Positions 47,141-50,477 of a stretch of 50,477 nucleotides of DNA are shown piece by piece. Origin of the DNA: Escherichia phage EC125; sequence record ON185586.1. One strand, given 5' to 3'. Position 1 is the first letter of the stretch, and each line of letters begins with the position of its first letter. The translations under genes and the position numbers were made by a program. Under the pieces are notes generated by a model. It made no database searches and had not been told where the DNA came from. It saw nothing but the letters and a program-made list of their open reading frames with translations.

Positions 47141-47542
47141 ATGGTGGAGTTAAACGACATTCGCGTTGGAACAAAATTTCGCGTAACCTGGGCAGATAAA
47201 TATTGTGGCGTTAGCAAGGGCCAGGTTGTTGCGGTGGATAGTATTTATCGTGGTGTTAGTGGTGACTTTTGCCGTCCGCGCATCAATAATGGCTATATCA
47301 TTACTCGCCGTATTGGCTTTGATAATTATTGCGTAGTGGCGACTCAAGGAGTTTTGATTGAGCTTAAGAGAATCAGCGATCATCTCGGTCGTCATGTTAA
47401 GGCAATGAAAACACCATTTCAGCGAGCGAGATACGATGCGCGACGTATGCGCCGACTTGCGCGAAATGCGATCAAGTTCAAAAAGCCTGGCGATGATTTT
47501 TACGGCATGTATAAGGGGATTGCGCGCAATGCTGGGAAATAA
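47141..47542 (+). CDS. hypothetical protein
   Basis: ATG at 47141 after GAGAGGAAA; about 133 aa; preceded by motif-type promoter. Confidence 0.5.
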   Translation: MVELNDIRVGTKFRVTWADKYCGVSKGQVVAVDSIYRGVSGDFCRPRINNGYIITRRIGFDNYCVVATQGVLIELKRISDHLGRHVKAMKTPFQRARYDARRMRRLARNAIKFKKPGDDFYGMYKGIARNAGK

Positions 47543-47641
47543 CAATAACGCAACGAATCCTAAGCCACCTTTTGATTTTCATTCCGCAATGATTGCGGTA
47601 TTATCAATGCTACTTTTTCTTTATAGCATGAGGGCGCTACT

Positions 47642-47890
47642 ATGGTTTTTAACGCATTGAAACGACTGTTTAAGCCGGAATACCGGATCGTATTTTGCCG
47701 CGACTGTTCTACTTATCATGTGCAGCGACGCAGCTTAGGCGGCAATTGGCACTATGTTACAGACGACTTTTTCGGCATCATTGCCACTGAATTTAAGTAT
47801 TACAGCGATGCTTATATGTACGTCAAGAAGCGCCACCGCTTACGCAAGTGTCGTTTTTCCGTGCTGATTCACGTTAATGATTGTTACTGA
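47642..47890 (+). CDS. hypothetical protein
   Basis: 82 aa. Confidence 0.4.
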   Translation: MVFNALKRLFKPEYRIVFCRDCSTYHVQRRSLGGNWHYVTDDFFGIIATEFKYYSDAYMYVKKRHRLRKCRFSVLIHVNDCY

Positions 47891-47897
47891 GGTGAAA

Positions 47898-48080
47898 ATG
47901 AAAACTGGTATTATTATTCTTTTCCTGATTTTTTTCGGCAGTCATTTAACCATTAACTATGAGGGCATTATGGCCTTTTGGGGCAACTTGATGATGTTTG
48001 TCGCTGGTTCAATTGCTGGCTACTCTGACGGGAAAAAGGATGGTGTGCGCAAGATGCTGATGGGGCTTAAACAAAAATAA
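47898..48080 (+). CDS. small membrane protein
   Basis: about 60 aa; two hydrophobic segments; GAGG RBS. Confidence 0.4.
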   Translation: MKTGIIILFLIFFGSHLTINYEGIMAFWGNLMMFVAGSIAGYSDGKKDGVRKMLMGLKQK

Positions 48081-48091
48081 GGGGATATGAA

Positions 48092-48382
48092 ATGGCAAAC
48101 AAAACTTACCGCAAGCTACTGGTTAACGCTTTTGAAAACATCGCGCAGTGTAACAAGTGGAACGACTCTAAACACTCGCCAATCACAATGAAGCGCGCCG
48201 GATTCAAAAATACTCGTTCATGGGCGCGAGCTTTCGCAGCTTGCTATATGCCGGATGGCGGACTAGGGGTGATGAACGATTTTTTGATCAACATGATAGA
48301 GGAAGCGGCGCGAGAGGATCGACCGCTGACACAGCGAGATTTTGACGGCTTCGCGCGCGATGAGCTTTACTATCTGAGTTAA
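48092..48382 (+). CDS. hypothetical protein
   Basis: 96 aa; stop overlaps motif copy. Confidence 0.5.
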   Translation: MANKTYRKLLVNAFENIAQCNKWNDSKHSPITMKRAGFKNTRSWARAFAACYMPDGGLGVMNDFLINMIEEAAREDRPLTQRDFDGFARDELYYLS

Positions 48383-48401
48383 TAGCACTTTTTGTTAAAA
48401 C
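48381..48401 (+). promoter_or_regulatory. 21-bp element with promoter-like module
   Basis: overlaps stop TAA; hairpin AAGGGCA...TGCCCTT; TAAAGT. Confidence 0.55.
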
Positions 48402-48457
48402 TTCCGCAAGGGCATTTGGTAAAGTGCCCTTATTGAAGCGAAACAGAGGAAAGCGCA

Positions 48458-48670
48458 ATGAAAATCAAAATCACCAAAATCGACACTATCAACGGCGACG
48501 GATCAATCACTCTTGAGCAATGTGGCTTGGTTGTTGGTGATGTGCTGGAAGTTGACGGACATTTCAGCGACGGATCTTATTGTGTTATTGCGCCGCGCAA
48601 CAGCGAGTTTATCAAGGCTGGCGACAATATTAGTGTTAACCATGACGAATGCGAGGTAGTAGAAGAATGA
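48458..48670 (+). CDS. hypothetical protein
   Basis: 70 aa; preceded by motif-type promoter. Confidence 0.5.
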   Translation: MKIKITKIDTINGDGSITLEQCGLVVGDVLEVDGHFSDGSYCVIAPRNSEFIKAGDNISVNHDECEVVEE

Positions 48671-48900
48671 TCACGATTAACCTTTCAGAGAAGCAAGCAT
48701 ATCAAGTGATGCGCTACATTTCTGGCTTTGGTATGGAAGGCGCTATGGGTGAAGTTGCGGATCAGATTTGCCGTCAACTTACACCAGCACCAACGCGAGC
48801 GGCAGAAACTGCCGCATGGCGCAACGAGGCTGGATACATCCAGAAAGCTATTGAAGACTGGAAGCGCATAAACGAGACTATGGAGGAATCAGGTTTATGA
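48667..48900 (+). CDS. hypothetical protein
   Basis: about 77 aa; ATGA overlap. Confidence 0.45.
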   Translation: MITINLSEKQAYQVMRYISGFGMEGAMGEVADQICRQLTPAPTRAAETAAWRNEAGYIQKAIEDWKRINETMEESGL

Positions 48901-49211
48901 TTTATATTCACTACTACCAAATCGGAACTAACGAGAACAAGAAAGAGCATCGTTTCATCCATGATGATTTGGACAAGGCAAAGGCACAGCAACAGGTTTT
49001 AGGCGGTGTCATTCAGGCTTTTGAGCCTGTAGAAGATATTGAGTACCGCGAGCATTTAAAAGATGTTGTTATTGATGAGATCTCTTGCTTGATTGATGAT
49101 ATGACAAATCACGGCCCTGGTTCCCCGTGGGAAGATGCAGGATCTGTAACGTGGGATAAGGCCAAAGTTAAGACGCTAAACAACTTTCGAGAGATTCTCG
49201 ACGGTTTTTAA
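48897..49211 (+). CDS. hypothetical protein
   Basis: 104 aa. Confidence 0.45.
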   Translation: MIYIHYYQIGTNENKKEHRFIHDDLDKAKAQQQVLGGVIQAFEPVEDIEYREHLKDVVIDEISCLIDDMTNHGPGSPWEDAGSVTWDKAKVKTLNNFREILDGF

Positions 49212-49281
49212 TTAAAAACGCATAGCCGTTAGAGCGCCTAAATCGCATTCTAACGAGCTATTTTTCTGGTAAGGTGATTTA

Positions 49282-49410
49282 ATGGATGAGTACAAACAAC
49301 CCTCGCAATGGTGCAAAGAGAAGCAGGAGGAAGCACTTGAGCGCGGAGATGTAGAAGAAGCTATGAACTATTTCAAACTTGCGGAAGAATGGAAGGGGAG
49401 AGGATACTGA
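49282..49410 (+). CDS. small protein (42 aa, not in ORF track)
   Basis: MDEYKQPSQWCKEKQEEALERGDVEEAMNYFKLAEEWKGRGY; stop overlaps next ATG (TGATG). Confidence 0.3.
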   Translation: MDEYKQPSQWCKEKQEEALERGDVEEAMNYFKLAEEWKGRGY

Positions 49411-49640
49411 TGTTCGGCATGAACGAGGCGCAATTCAACGCAGCTAAACGCCAGGCTAAAAAGTGCGGCGAGGCAATGAAAGCGGATGTGGAAAAGCGCG
49501 GGAAGTATGTTGATGAAGTAATGAAGGGCATCATTGCAGAACACTACCAGCCAATCGCGCCAATGTTGACGATCACTCAATTCATTTGGCTATGTGGTTA
49601 CTTGCGCGGACGTTGGGGGAACGCTTTCGACAGGGAATGA
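49410..49640 (+). CDS. hypothetical protein
   Basis: ATG at 49410 after GGGGAGAGGA; about 76 aa. Confidence 0.45.
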   Translation: MFGMNEAQFNAAKRQAKKCGEAMKADVEKRGKYVDEVMKGIIAEHYQPIAPMLTITQFIWLCGYLRGRWGNAFDRE

Positions 49641-49802
49641 TTGACAACTCTTTCCTGATTGGTTAGCATGGCGTCGTTTACATAAGAGCGGCTTTGTCCG
49701 AACGCGTGACGCGATAGTCACACAACAACGGCGATATGCAGGAGGTTTTTGCAATGCAAAATAATCCGTAAGACGTATCGCCTTTTTTAATGTAGATCCA
49801 AA

Positions 49803-50036
49803 ATGATTAAATACAAATTAACCGTTTCTTTCCGTGATACCGTTATTCATTCTTTCTACAATAGCTTTGTTAACAGCTTTACAGTAGAAGCGACAAGTGA
49901 TCAGCTTGGCGGTGACGAAACTTGCATTTCTATCGGCAATGTTGCTTATCCGATTCACAACATTACCAGCATTAAGCGTGAGGTTGTCGCTGATGAATTA
50001 CAAAGTGAAGATGACGATCCGGCGAATGGGGCGTAA
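49803..50036 (+). CDS. hypothetical protein with acidic C-terminus
   Basis: 77 aa. Confidence 0.4.
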   Translation: MIKYKLTVSFRDTVIHSFYNSFVNSFTVEATSDQLGGDETCISIGNVAYPIHNITSIKREVVADELQSEDDDPANGA

Positions 50037-50178
50037 CTGCCAATCATGCAAACAGGAATATGAATGCGTAGTTGATGCTCTTGATGAACTGGAAGCAGTA
50101 GCAAAAGCAAAAGAGCAATCGGGCGCTAATCCTGAAACACATCAATTTTCAATTAATCTTGTGAGGGCTTTACAATGA
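50011..50178 (+). CDS. hypothetical Cys-containing protein (start uncertain)
   Basis: ...CQSCKQEYECVVDALDELEAVAKAK...; internal ATG chosen, alternative ATG at 49993. Confidence 0.35.
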   Translation: MTIRRMGRNCQSCKQEYECVVDALDELEAVAKAKEQSGANPETHQFSINLVRALQ

Positions 50179-50399
50179 TCGCATTATCTTTCTGCATTGG
50201 TTTTATCATGGCTATCATTATCTTTTCCGTTGTCATGCGCTTTGCTTATAAGTTCGTGATTAATAAAGGTTGGTACGCTTCTGCAATCTGTAGCGAAAAA
50301 CAAAAGAAATGGCTTGTACGTGGTCAATACCTGATGATCGGCAGCAAGATCCTAAATTCCATTCGAGCCAAAGATGGAAAAGTAAAATATACAGCTTAA
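50175..50399 (+). CDS. small membrane protein
   Basis: 74 aa; N-terminal hydrophobic segment; ATGA overlap; followed by terminator. Confidence 0.45.
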   Translation: MIALSFCIGFIMAIIIFSVVMRFAYKFVINKGWYASAICSEKQKKWLVRGQYLMIGSKILNSIRAKDGKVKYTA

Positions 50400-50404
50400 A
50401 AATT

Positions 50405-50427
50405 ACCCGCCGCACGGCGGGTTTTTT
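50405..50427 (+). terminator. intrinsic terminator at end of rightward early block
   Basis: ACCCGCCGCACGGCGGGT then TTTTTT. Confidence 0.6.
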
Positions 50428-50440
50428 ATTGCCCGTTGTC

Positions 50441-50449
50441 TGGTATAAT
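50441..50449 (+). promoter_or_regulatory. extended -10 element TGgTATAAT upstream of terS (across the circular junction)
   Basis: lies between terminator at about 50405-50427 and the AGGAGG RBS. Confidence 0.35.
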
Positions 50450-50477
50450 CAGGCATCTAACCAAAGGAGGATTAATA

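Overview
The window reads as a complete, circularly permuted genome (50,477 bp) of a virulent T1-like siphophage (Drexlerviridae-type). All family assignments below come from reading the translated ORFs and recognising motifs, not from any database search, and coordinates I derived by eye may be off by 1-2 nt. Layout: a rightward late block (1-19992) with small and large terminase, portal, Mu-F-like head morphogenesis protein, scaffold-like protein, two paralogous capsid-associated proteins, major capsid protein, head-tail proteins, major tail protein, G/G-T chaperone with a -1 frameshift site, tape measure and lambda M/L/K/I/J-like tail tip genes. Then a leftward three-gene operon headed by a lipoprotein (20019-21183), a rightward recombination block (exonuclease, Erf-like, SSB; 21685-24226), a leftward tail-fibre cassette (24262-27263), leftward primase plus HTH protein, a rightward replication/modification/lysis block (helicase, VRR-NUC, Dam-type MTase, metallophosphatase, holin, endolysin, u-spanin; 28919-35343), a leftward early block (35358-41641, including a C5-MTase) and a rightward early block of small genes (42335-50399, including a HAD phosphatase and a P-loop kinase). 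No integrase, repressor, tRNA or CRISPR was recognised. The most striking feature is a 21-bp element (consensus AATAGCACTTTTTGTTAAAAC) present in about 18 copies at gene junctions; in about 14 of them it is followed by a short hairpin and a TAnnnT hexamer at a fixed distance, which looks like a phage-specific promoter/operator family. Other notable points: a TAA codon interrupting the C-terminal chaperone domain of a tail-fibre-like gene, two homologous AT-rich control regions each carrying a near-consensus sigma70 promoter, two small lipoproteins (candidate superinfection-exclusion factors), a duplicated 5' leader cassette, and several unlisted small ORFs.
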